Below, piece after piece: positions 1 through 11,290 of a DNA stretch of 33,235 bases. Every line of letters starts with the position of its first letter. Position 1 is the first letter of the stretch. A model generated the notes under the pieces. That model searched no databases. It was not told where the DNA came from and saw only the letters and a list, made by a program, of their open reading frames with translations. The stretch is from NCBI RefSeq assembly GCF_001194135.2, contig NC_068981.1:68289131-68322365 (forward strand). Direction: 5' to 3'. The stretch is from Octopus bimaculoides. Taxonomy: Eukaryota. The translations under genes were made by a program, and so were the position numbers.

Positions 1-280
1 AGAGATAACTCGAATGTGGAATCTAAAAACAGAAACAATTCCTATCATAATAGCTGCCTTAGGTATAATAAAAAAATATTCAGACAAATACATAACAAAA
101 ATACCAGGACTTACAAATATATATAACATACAGAAAATTGCACTACTGGGTACTGCACACATTCTACGCAACACACTTTCAATACAGTAAACATAAGAGC
201 ACCACAGCACATACCCAAGGCGCACAGAGCTGCCCTCGGTAGTGAAGTGAAAGCACGTTATAAAAATAAAACTACTGAAC
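1..280 (+). mobile_element. 3' end of R4/Dong-clade non-LTR retrotransposon (C-terminus of restriction-like endonuclease ORF plus 3' UTR); 5' part lies outside the window
   Basis: Frame from nt 2 is open to TAA at 188-190 and reads EITRMWNLKTETIPIIIAALGIIKKYSDKYITKIPGLTNIYNIQKIALLGTAHILRNTLSIQ*. This matches the R4/Dong/Rex6 C-terminal pattern EI.R.W...T..P..IGALG...K......IPG......QK.ALLGTA.ILR..L. A 90-nt 3' UTR and an (AAT)n tail follow. It is absent from the ORF track because it is truncated by the window edge. Confidence 0.85.
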
Positions 281-300
281 AATAATAATAATAATAATAA
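281..300 (+). repeat. (AAT)6 tail or target repeat at the end of the R4/Dong element
   Basis: aataataataataataataa directly follows the 3' UTR. Confidence 0.9.
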
Positions 301-301
301 A

Positions 302-1200
<899 letters not shown>

Positions 1201-2374
1201 GGAAGTTATATTGTAAAACTTTCTAACAATTAAAGTAAAATGTACAATGGTAATTATTCGTCGGTGAGCATTTAGCTATACCCAAGCGAAATTCGTTTTA
1301 GACCTCCTTACGTTTGAAGAACACATGGAATATTACAGTATTTAATGTTTTATTTTTCTTTGATATAACTCTTAATAATTTATTCATGTTTGTGATGAGA
1401 ATAATTTGTTATTTCTATTTGTTTCTTGGTGATAATGTTCCCTGGTAATTATCCTCTGCGGATATGTATGTGTTGCGAAATCAAATCGAATAATATTTGT
1501 TCTTAGTTTATTTCTTTTCATTCCTAATTTAGTAAGTAGGCGGATCACCGGTTCGATCTAATTTGTTTAAGGACTGAAACGTTTGGAGAAAGTGACCCGA
1601 GTTAGGCATGCAAGTATAGCGAACTCCATGAAACATTTGAAAAAGTTACCAATACCTATTATGCCACTGTATGTTATCAGGCACCAGTCGGAGAAGGAGA
1701 AACATGGCTTAGAGTGCGCACGGTAATACATTTTATTCTGTACTTTTGGTGACACGAAGCACCATTTTTTAATATCTTCCATTGCTTCCTTCCTCCGCCA
1801 TATAATGTTGACGTATTACATTATGTAAATACTCCGTTATATTAAAAAACAAATCTTTAACATATATCTCAGAAAGTGGTCAATTAAATATAACATAGCT
1901 ATTGTATTTTAGAGTCGCGGCCCTTTCTATACTCTAGTTGTCTGGTGCCACCTAAATAATACTGATTGCCACACTAAAAATAAGCTACAGGGAACATAAA
2001 ATATTAACATCGATGACCAGAAATCTGGCCCTACATTTTGCATGGGACAAACGTACGACAAACACACACGCACACACACACAAACACACAGACACNNNNN
2101 NNNNNCCCCCCCACACTCACAGACACACATACACGCACATGTATATACTTAGTTTTTATTTTTGGCTTGCAAGATTCTTTCTGTGATTTCACGTATTGGG
2201 AGAGTAATTTTCTTTTAGTGACTTTTAATTTCACACATTCACCGATTTCCACTCATTTACCTATTTCTGTTTACTAGAATTTTTGTTCCGATTTGCAACC
2301 TTTTCAATAGTCGTTGACTCGGCCCGTTAACGGAATTACGTTCTAGTTCTTTTTTTGTTGTTGTACGCATGCGT

Positions 2375-2600
2375 ATTCGCCAGTGTGCGTGTGCATACAC
2401 ATATGTATGTATGTATGCATATATGTATGCATGTATATATGCATGTATGTATTTATTCTCTATATCCATGTACTTGTGTTTTCATGTTTGCCTGTTTGTG
2501 TGTGTACCTCTGTCTCCTGTGTGCATGTGTGAGTGTGTCTGTCTATGGACTTGTGTGACTATGTATGTGCGTCTGTTATATATGGAATTATGTGTTTATA
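2375..2600. repeat. Degenerate (TATG)n/(TG)n compound microsatellite
   Basis: Seen directly; it generates the CV/YM-rich ORFs 2257-2656. Confidence 0.85.
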
Positions 2601-2811
2601 TGTGCCCTTGTGTGATGAGAAGGTGTCGCCATGACAACTTTCTCTATCATGGTTAATGCGACGCTGACACGCTGCACACCTTCCTGCCAAGCCCTGCTGT
2701 AAACAGCGGAATTGAATTACAACATTAATACATAGTGCGCAAGCACACCAAAATGCTTTACTCTGCGTAACTATAGCAACAGTCCGCATACTTCTTGATC
2801 AGACATCTCAT

Positions 2812-2824
2812 AAATATATATACG

Positions 2825-2866
<42 letters not shown>

Positions 2867-3372
2867 NNNNNNNNNNNNNNNNNNNNNNNNNNNNNNNNNN
2901 NNNNNNNNNNNNNNNNNNNNNNNNNNNNNNNNNNNNNNNNNNNNNNNNNNNNNNNNNNNNNNNNNNNNNNNNNNNNNNNNNNNNNNNNNNNNNNNNNNNN
3001 NNNNNNNNNNNNNNNNNNNNNNNNNNNNNNNNNNNNNNNNNNNNNNNNNNNNNNNNNNNNNNNNNNNNNNNNNNNNNNNNNNNNNNNNNNNNNNNNNNNN
3101 NNNNNNNNNNNNNNNNNNNNNNNNNNNNNNNNNNNNNNNNNNNNNNNNNNNNNNNNNNNNNNNNNNNNNNNNNNNNNNNNNNNNNNNNNNNNNNNNNNNN
3201 NNNNNNNNNNNNNNNNNNNNNNNNNNNNNNNNNNNNNNNNNNNNNNNNNNNNNNNNNNNNNNNNNNNNNNNNNNNNNNNNTATATATATATAGTACACAC
3301 ACATACACACACACAAACACGCGCGCACACACGCACACACACACATACACACGCACACACACACGCACACAA
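2812..3372. repeat. (AT)n and (AC)n microsatellites flanking assembly gap 2867-3280
   Basis: Seen directly. Confidence 0.95.
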
Positions 3373-4164
3373 CTACTCCACTCCACAGTTAACTCATTCT
3401 TCCATACGTCTTTTTATTTCAGATCCTTGTTGCGGCACGTTCTTGTTTCAAATATCATAAAGTATAAAACATTGTTAAGCGTATAAGACCATCAGTGTGC
3501 ACGTATAGTTATCTTGACCTGTGAAATTCTGCAACGTCTTGGTGTATGAAAGTATGCTGCCTCCATTTTTTTTTTCAGTGTATTTGTGGGCATATATGTT
3601 TAGTAAGCCTAATATGCGTGTGGTATATATTTTCTATGCCTAAGTATAATTAATGTATATGTCTATTTTCTTACCACATTGTTTTACACAACCTCCCTAC
3701 CTTCACTTCATCCCGACCTCACAAATCAAGACCCACTTTTAATGTTCTTTCCTTGTGGAAACAGAGACATATAGAATCTCAGTTAAAGACATACGCCAAC
3801 GGACACAAGCAAATATTCATTCACACACATACACACAACTTCACGCACAATTGATCACACGCACCCATTTCTCTCCTATATTTAAGAAAACATGTACTGC
3901 AATATTATGCAGAAAGGAAAATGTTCATTTTATCATTGATTGCAATGTTTTCAAGCGTTCAACAGCTGCTGCATTGCAACGTGCTTACATACTGTGGTGT
4001 TATCAACGGTAGTGAATCATCAGAGCGTGTTATTCTGGGAGAAAAATATACATAAATCACTCACACAACCGAATACAGAAGTATTCGCATGTATTTTACA
4101 GATAGAAACACATACAGAAACCTGCATTTGCAAACGTGCGCGAGACATACACACATGTGTATGT

Positions 4165-4499
4165 AATATATATGTAAATTTACAAATATATATATATANN
4201 NNNNNNNNNNNNNNNNNNNNNNNNNNNNNNNNNNNNNNNNNNNNNNNNNNNNNNNNNNNNNNNNNNNNNNNNNNNNNNNNNNNNNNNNNNNNNNNNNNNN
4301 NNNNNNNNNNNNNNNNNNNNNNNNNNNNNNNNNNNNNNNNNNNNNNNNNNNNNNNNNNNNNNNNNNNNNNNNTGTGGGTGTGTGTGTGTGTGTGGGTGCG
4401 TGTGTATATGTATGTATTTATATTTATATACATATGTATATATGTATTAATATATATATATATATATATATAAAGAGAGAGAGATATATAGATATATAA

Positions 4500-4530
<31 letters not shown>

Positions 4531-4610
4531 TGGATATACATATATATGTACACGCACATACACACACACACACGCACGCACACACACACACACACACACA
4601 CACTCATATG
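4165..4610. repeat. (AT)n/(GT)n/(AC)n compound microsatellite around gap 4199-4372
   Basis: Seen directly. Confidence 0.95.
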
Positions 4611-5620
4611 CTTACATATTCATGTATACATGTACATCACTTTTGTGCTGCTATATCTATAATTCATAAGAATAAAAGTAGGAAGGCAGAAAATCATTAA
4701 CATCTGCTTGCTGCATCTTACAAATGTCAAACTTTATAAATATGAACTATCAAATTCAGGTGCTGCAAAATACGTACATAATGAATAGCAGCAATATTGA
4801 AAATTCTTCAAAGTAAATACATTGCTATCTCTATGTGGGGGTAGTTTCCTTCGGCAGATGAGCTCTTCGTTTCGCGTGAATGTGTCTGGTTTTTGTTATA
4901 TCAGTGTACTTTGGTTAGCGTAGCTTAATCTTCTAAGCTGTATATTCCCTTGTTAGATTATAATATAGCATGAATTAAAGATTTCAGGTAAGCATAAATA
5001 ATTTGCTGTATATTTATGCACAAAAATCCGCATTGAGTTGTATCATTGTATATCTCTCAACGCATGTATATACATATTCTCATTATTTCCATATTCTTAT
5101 ATTGTCAGAGGTAACAAACAGTAACCGCACATACCCACATAGGCACTTATAGAATACAACCACGCACACACTAAGTGAAATATTTCCACTAGTATTGTGT
5201 GTATGCTTGTGTGTGCTTACACACGCACACACACACAAGCATGTACACATACTCACATATATACATGTGTGTATGTGTTTGTGTATTTCTGTGTGCATAT
5301 ATAAAGAACACGTGTGGGCAATGTTTCCAACATCATGGCATGTGCGCACAATACTAAAACATAGTAGTCCTTAAAATAAACATAATATTGGGAAAGTATT
5401 TTGAAGTGTATAGAAATTGCTTCCGTAACTTTTAAGTAAAAGATTCTACTAAATAATATTTAGAAAACTCACAAAACAATGATAACATCAGCATTTCATC
5501 GATAGAGAAACATTTTTCTACTATAACGTCATGTGCATTTTTATGACATCTGGATTCGTCTTATCGTATGCTTTGTCAGTGAATGTATGTGCGCGTGATT
5601 CATATTTGCTTTACACGACA

Positions 5621-5847
5621 GCGCTCACAGACGTCCTCTCCAACTCGAAAGTAGAGTATGTCTTTCACTGGAAGAGCAGCATTATTTGCCATCCCTCGTT
5701 CAGGATATTGTTACGAGTCTTGACTGACGTGGTGGGCTGATCTGTCAATTGACCGGCCTTGTATGTAGTCCTGCGGAACCATCCCTACCTGGCCAGCCAG
5801 GTGGGAGGGATGGTTTCGTCGCCAACCACGTCGTCATGAAACACAGC
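5621..5847. other. GC-rich, highly self-complementary element of about 230 bp (probable retroelement terminal region or structured RNA; identity unknown)
   Basis: Outer helix 5726-5737 (gacgtggtgggc) with 5821-5832 (gccaaccacgtc), 11 of 12 paired. Inner hairpin 5775-5817 (aaccatccct-acctgg / ccaggt-ggg-agggatggtt). There is a sharp compositional contrast with the AT-rich flanks. Confidence 0.5.
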
Positions 5848-6145
5848 GTAATAGTATCAGAAGCCCTGACTTTATTGACTTGACATTTACCTCTGATAGG
5901 TGTGACTGTTATATTCATTAGTAGAAGATTGTTTCATATATATCCGGGGCACTCTTTGATAATGTTTGCATCATTTTTCGTTTAAACATATATAGATTTT
6001 TACGATGTAAGCTGGATTAAAAATTACATTCATAAACTACATTTAATTCAATGGGATGGTAGAATTGTAGTGCATTGGAAAATTGTCCTGGGGTATTTTT
6101 TGTCACTTCTTGCGTACTGATTTTCAATCGTACCATGCTCAAATT

Positions 6146-6243
6146 GGCATTTCATCTGTAAAATAACCAGTGGAATACAGCGGCCAGTATCGACTAATCC
6201 CATGCACCAAAGTACTAGCATTGTGTTTACGCTAGAAGCATTT
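6146..6243 (+). mobile_element. Diverged 3' half of SINE family A
   Basis: ggcatttcatc...taaaataaccagt...tatcgactaatccc...ttgtg...tagaag follows the motif order of the 22.19-22.30 kb segment. Confidence 0.35.
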
Positions 6244-6405
6244 GTTAGACGATTGTCAGATTATATTTTTCTCTCCTTACAATTTCTTTTGAATGTTTTC
6301 AAATAATTTGCCCGACAAAATTGTCAACATTCTCTTTTAGTAATATACGATATTAAATCTTAAGAATTCATACGGCTTATCAGTAGCAAAGTTGTATCAC
6401 TACAG

Positions 6406-6480
6406 AATATGAAAGCTTCCATACATCAAAGCTATATTATCAAAAGTCAATTGAGTATGACTATTTGGGAACCAGAATAA
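6406..6480 (+). other. Possible 75-nt symmetric (phase 1-1) exon, (E)YESFHTSKLYYQKSIEYDYLGTRI; no recognisable homology
   Basis: tacag| acceptor at 6405, |gtaagt donor at 6481 and an open frame. The polypyrimidine tract is weak. Confidence 0.2.
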
Positions 6481-6879
6481 GTAAGTTTATTTCACTTAGC
6501 CTGTGTTACTATCCAATGAAGTTGGACAATATATCTGGCATTTGTTATTACCGCAATCATGAATCTGAAAATGATCGTATGAAGCATGATTATATAATCT
6601 AACTAAATAACCAACTAGATGAAAAGTTAGGAAACTTTCACGCTTACAATATATATCCGTGACATATTTCGGACATTCGGATTTAAAGGAACCATTGCGA
6701 TTGAGAAATCCATTAATATGTAAATTCTCTTGAATGCTTTGCTATTTCCAGAGAATGTAACGAGCTTATTTTGGACGGAAAATACGACATGGAATCGAAT
6801 AATGTCTCATTACAGGTCTACATTGTTTTAGGTTTCTTCCTAACCCATACTTCTTCGGGTGTCTATTTACCTCACCCGC

Positions 6880-7410
6880 CCCGCAGTCTCCCGTTTCCCC
6901 TCACCTACCACCCCAGTACCTTACATCTTCAACGCACCATTCTCCCAGTCTTCCACGAACTCCAGTTCGACCCCTCCACTTCGCACATCTTCCCTAACCG
7001 ACTTCTCCCCTCCTTCAAACAAGCCCACAGGCTACGCGACCTCTTGGTCTACAGCTTCTTCCTAAACAAACCTCCCAACCCAGATCATTCCCCTCCTCCC
7101 GACCACGCTGTCGCACTTGCCCTTACCTTTTCAGCACCATCCTCCACACAGGCACCCATTATCGACCTTATCATATCACCGACTCCTTCACCTGTACTTT
7201 TAGCAATGTCATCTACTGCATCTCCAGCTCCCTCTGCCCTTCTTTATACAACAGGCAAACGAGGCACCTCTTGGCTGACCGGTTAGCGGAACGCCTCCGA
7301 GACATTCAACTCGGCAATGACACCCCTTGCCCTTTCACAAAGGCCATCCAGACACCCGTCTTCGCCGTGAACAGGGATTAATCTTCTCTCTTCGCTCCTT
7401 TGCGTCACCT
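6880..7410 (+). mobile_element. Penelope-like element fragment 1 (Neptune-type): end of RT/linker, Cys-rich linker and degenerate GIY-YIG endonuclease; pseudogenised
   Basis: Frame of ORF 6771: ..PLTYHPSTLHLQRTIL..FHELQFDPSTSHIFPN...PSFKQAHRLRDLLVYS. A frameshift near 7084 gives SFPSSRPRCRTCPY...DSFTCTFSNVIYCISSSLCPSLYNRQTRHLLADRLAERLRDI. A second shift near 7357 gives RLRREQGLIFSLRSFA. These are the VIYCI..C..LY(IG)ET.R.L..R..EHLR and RE..LIF.L motifs of PLE endonucleases. Confidence 0.88.
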
Positions 7411-7950
7411 CCCCTCTTCAACTCTCCTCCCCTCTTCATCTAACCCTCCTCCTCTCGCCTCGCTTCCTCCGACACCTACTTCCTCCCACCCACCTCTCCT
7501 CTCTTGCTCGACACCTACTTCTCTTCACTCCTATCCACCTTCTCCCTTGCCCCTCTCCCTTCATCGTCACCCCTCCTTAGTAACCCCACCCTAGTAAATG
7601 CAACCTCACTTTCCCTATCTATCCCATCACACCCCACCGCATCCCTTACACCCGCTCCCACGTGCGCCACTGCAGCCCCACCCTCATCCTAACCTACACC
7701 CCACACTTGCTTTCCCCAATCTCGCCTCTCCCATATGCCAACACCACCACACCTCAAACCGCCACAGCACACACAACCACACCGCACACCACCATATCAC
7801 ACAATACCACATCACACCACCACGCACACACTAGCACTGACCACTTCCCAGCACCCTCACCAACATCCATGCACCTACACATGCACACACGCACACGTCA
7901 AAGTCACCAGCCCTCTTCCACACGCACATAGATGCTTTCTTATACACGCG
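7411..7950 (+). repeat. C-rich polypyrimidine tract followed by degenerate (CAC/ACAC)n; probably the 3' region of PLE fragment 1
   Basis: Extreme C-over-G skew contiguous with the PLE ORF end; it generates the P/S/T/H-rich ORFs 7400-7998. Confidence 0.7.
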
Positions 7951-9610
7951 CACGCGCACTTTCGTTTTGGATCACGACTACTTTATTATATCTTCTAGAA
8001 TGAATTTTAGATATCTATATATGATTAACTTTTGAGCAAATGAAGGGTCTATTTGTATTTCCTCATATTGGATTAATACAATTCATACTTTCAAACTTCG
8101 AGTATTAAAGCAAGGAGTTTAATTGGTTGATGATTCTAATGATTTTAGTGTCAGATAGCAAAGAACTGTAAGTACAGTGAGGTGAAGGCTTTTGTTTTTA
8201 ATTTATAAGACAACAATGTCATAAAACTAATGAGAGCCTTCTGTAATGTGCATTAGTGCCTCTCTCGTACTAGTTCAGCAAATGATAATTTGTTAAAGGA
8301 AAATCTCCGGCATTCGTAGATTCTAAAAGAAACTCTGAGAGCTAAACGACGGTATTTTTAAATAAATGCTATTGAAAATGCACCGCCTTATGTCTCAGAA
8401 ATCAAAGCTTATTTTAGTACAAGAAATGATCCCTTTCTGTGTTACTGCTTTCTTTAATAACACTTTGCCGATTATCAGTATTTAGTCTATTCTTTCAAGA
8501 AAAAAAAAAGAAAGAAAACAAAAATCCTCAAAAAAACCAACATAACCAGGTGAATCACGAATGCATATATATATGTGTGTTTGCAGCGTGTGTGTGTGTA
8601 TGTGCGCGCGTACGTATGTATGTGTGCTTCTCTGTGTGTATTGACAAGTAGAATGAATCTGATTTCCGTATTTAGTGTCTTTACTAAACATTCTACATTC
8701 ACATTCTCCTGGGTCAATTTTGATTTTCATTCCTCTAGTTTTCAAGTCATGAAACACATTGGATTTTATCTACTATACGCACTTTTGTTCTACAGAGAAA
8801 AAAAGTCAGTAGTTATTACTCATACGAGCACTCCAAATTGAGAGTCACTATTAATGACTTTATATTATATTATCGGATGAAAACTATATTTCTTCTGATA
8901 CTAATGTACATATATATATTTTTTTTACTCTTCAAAATATTTTATTGATTTTTTTACCCGAACATCCGCAACATAATGGAACATGAAGTGCGCTTTGTTT
9001 AGTGCTTATTAATATCTGGTTATTTTATCTTGTGTGCAAATTTGTTTTGTATTTCATTATTTCTACTGTTCCTTGTATCTTTTGTATTTTCTGTAATGGT
9101 TGTTATTGCTTATTTTAAGTGAATGTCTACCATTTTTATGTTACCTTTTTTGAATTTACTTTTCAAAATTTTCCAATATTTTATTCTATTCTCACTTCAA
9201 GTTCGATCAATGGTAATTTGCCTCAATACTAATATATGCCGTTTCAAAACGCAAAACAGCACGCATGCATACATACATATACATACTAAGATATATGCGC
9301 ATAGATGGGTATACATAGCCCTAATTTTCATCTCTTTCCCTTATATGGACTAAATGTTCAAATGTATCTGGTTATATTGCTTATGTGCTTTATATGTATG
9401 TATTTACATACGAACTTAGAATATGTACATACAATACATAATGAAAATGTTTCTGCATTTTGTTCTGTGTGAAACAATGTGCTAATACATAAATATACTA
9501 GAAAAAATAGAGTAGAGTGTCTTAGTATGAAATATGTGGGTGTGATATACCTATCGAGAAACTGCGAACGAGAGTTAGAGTAGGAGGGAAAGAGAGAGGG
9601 GAGAGAAATT

Positions 9611-9649
9611 GGAATTGGTGGACGGAAACTGAAAGAATCATATCGTATA

Positions 9650-9650
<1 letters not shown>
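9611..9650 (+). mobile_element. Short fragment of SINE family B, running into an (AT)n tract and gap
   Basis: ggaattggtggacggaaactgaaagaatcatatcgtatat matches the reverse complement of 13385-13424 at 35 of 40 positions. Confidence 0.7.
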
Positions 9651-9682
<32 letters not shown>

Positions 9683-10054
9683 NNNNNNNNNNNNNNNNNN
9701 NNNNNNNNNNNNNNNNNNNNNNNNNNNNNNNNNNNNNNNNNNNNNNNNNNNNNNNNNNNNNNNNNNNNNNNNNNNNNNNNNNNNNNNNNNNNNNNNNNNN
9801 NNNNNNNNNNNNNNNNNNNNNNNNNNNNNNNNNNNNNNNNNNNNNNNNNNNNNNNNNNNNNNNNNNNNNNNNNNNNNNNNNNNNNNNNNNNNNNNNNNNN
9901 NNNNNNNNNNNNNNNNNNNNNNNNNNNNNNNNNNNNNNNNNNNNNNNNNNNNNNNNNNNNNNNNNNTGCCTGTGTGTGTGTGTGTAGATGCAGTTGAATA
10001 AGGTACTGAAGTTGAGGCACCAAGTCTGTCCAGTATAGTCCAAAGCTCGACGTT

Positions 10055-10506
10055 AGCAAATGAGTACAAGGATGTCCAGGTATTAGAAAAAAAAAGGCCG
10101 TTTCAAGTGGCTCCATTTAATCGATCAATGCAGACATTACATCAATTTGCAATAAAGCGCTCACTTCGGACGCATAAGACCATAGAGATTGCCACCATAT
10201 ATTGACCCTCAGTATTCTCTTCTGCCACTCTAAATCGTAGTAGGCTTTAGGTATTTTTTCCCTAAATTCATTCTGATACAATAATAGCATAAAAGAAACA
10301 ATGTATTCTAGTTCCCAGTACTGATGAAAAATTGGCGAAAAGATTACAAAGGAGTATCCCGTTTGCAGGAAATCTATATGGTCAAAAGCATCCTAGAAGA
10401 ACGGTTTATTTCAAATTGAAGTAATGTTTGCATTCATCGATTAAATGGAGTCGCTTGAAACAGCCGTAATGCAATGATACCTGGACATCCTTGTTACTCA
10501 TTTGCT
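10055..10506. mobile_element. MITE-like element with about 95-bp imperfect terminal inverted repeats (10055-10149 and 10412-10506) around a non-coding core of about 260 bp
   Basis: Left arm agcaaatgagta-caaggatgtccaggtat...ggccgtttcaagtggctccatttaatcgatcaatgcagacattacatcaatttg. Reverse complement of right arm agcaaatgagtaacaaggatgtccaggtat...ggctgtttcaagcgactccatttaatcgatgaatgcaaacattacttcaatttg. No clear TSD. Confidence 0.75.
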
Positions 10507-10527
10507 TTATATAGTTTTAGAAAAAGA

Positions 10528-11017
10528 CAGCCTATCGTTCTTAGTAAGAGACAGTTAAAACCTTACTTGAAAAAATTATTAACAAAGGCAAAGTTTGACA
10601 TATGCCATAACGACCAGTCATTCACTGTATCTAAATGCAATGATAGCCGATGTGGCACATGCCAATTCATAAACACCGGCCAATATATGAACACAAACAC
10701 GGGAAAAAATATTCAGAAAAGCAGGTATGAAGTGGAAAAGCAGAAATGTAACTTACTACATCAAATTCTCGAATTGTGAAGAACTATATGTGGATCAGAC
10801 TGGAAATGCAATATCAGAACATTTACGTGTGCACCGACAGCAAATTAGAGACAGAGATGTCCTTCAGATACCGTTGTGTAACCATCTAGCAACATGTGTT
10901 CGGAAATTATTTACAATATTTCCATTCTATAAACTACACAATCCAAGAGAAATTGAATAAAAAATCAGAGAAAAGAACATTATTAATAAATTCCGACAGA
11001 AGCTAAATAAACGATGA
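10528..11017 (+). mobile_element. Penelope-like element fragment 2 (Neptune-type): linker, Cys-rich motif and GIY-YIG endonuclease; pseudogenised
   Basis: ORF 10474 frame: SKRQLKPYLKKLLTKAKF...VSKCNDSRCGTCQFINTG. A frameshift leads into the ORF 10727 frame: SRNVTYYIKFSNCEELYVDQTGNAISEHLRVHRQQIRD...PLCNHLATC...FTIFPFYKL...E*KIREKNIINKFRQKLNKR* (internal stop 10958-10960, terminal TGA 11015-11017). Confidence 0.88.
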
Positions 11018-11180
11018 TACTAATACTTAGAAGTACTATTCTACTGCTATGACCACTACCACTAACAACAACAATATTAAAGGTGCTCATGATGACGATA
11101 ACTGGAGAATACTAGCTAAGTCAAGAGAAAAGTCAGTAAAAATAATCTTATTTTGGGGTTTAAACTTTTATCACATCTAC

Positions 11181-11217
11181 TCCTACCACCTATAGTCCTA
11201 CCACCTATAGGTGGTAG
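11181..11217. repeat. 15-bp tandem duplication (tcctaccacctatag x2) overlapping a perfect 20-bp palindrome (ctaccacctataggtggtag, 11198-11217)
   Basis: Seen directly. Confidence 0.95.
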
Positions 11218-11230
11218 CAGCACTACCGCC

Positions 11231-11290
11231 ACTACCAACAACAACAACAACAACAACAGCAACAACAACAACGGTGACGACGACGATGGC
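11231..11290. repeat. (CAA)n/(GAC)n microsatellite
   Basis: Seen directly; source of the poly-C ORF 11232-11438. Confidence 0.9.

Noticed and set aside
1567-1782. ORF open on both strands in register
   Set aside because: Its length is within chance expectation and there are no motifs.
2693-2710. gctgtaaacagc palindrome containing a FOX-type TGTAAACA site
   Set aside because: A single short motif; it cannot be distinguished from chance without conservation data.
8738-8815. MKHIGFYLLYALLFYREK as a possible signal-peptide exon
   Set aside because: The donor is weak (GTCAGT), and hydrophobic runs are expected from T-rich DNA.
10311-10345. CTGATGA...GAAA resembling a hammerhead ribozyme core near a PLE
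   Set aside because: The intervening aaaattggc cannot form stem II (no G10.1-C11.1 pair) and no stems I or III flank it. Other CTGA(T/C)GA hits (1111, 16107 and minus-strand near 21890, 28143 and 31880) also fail.
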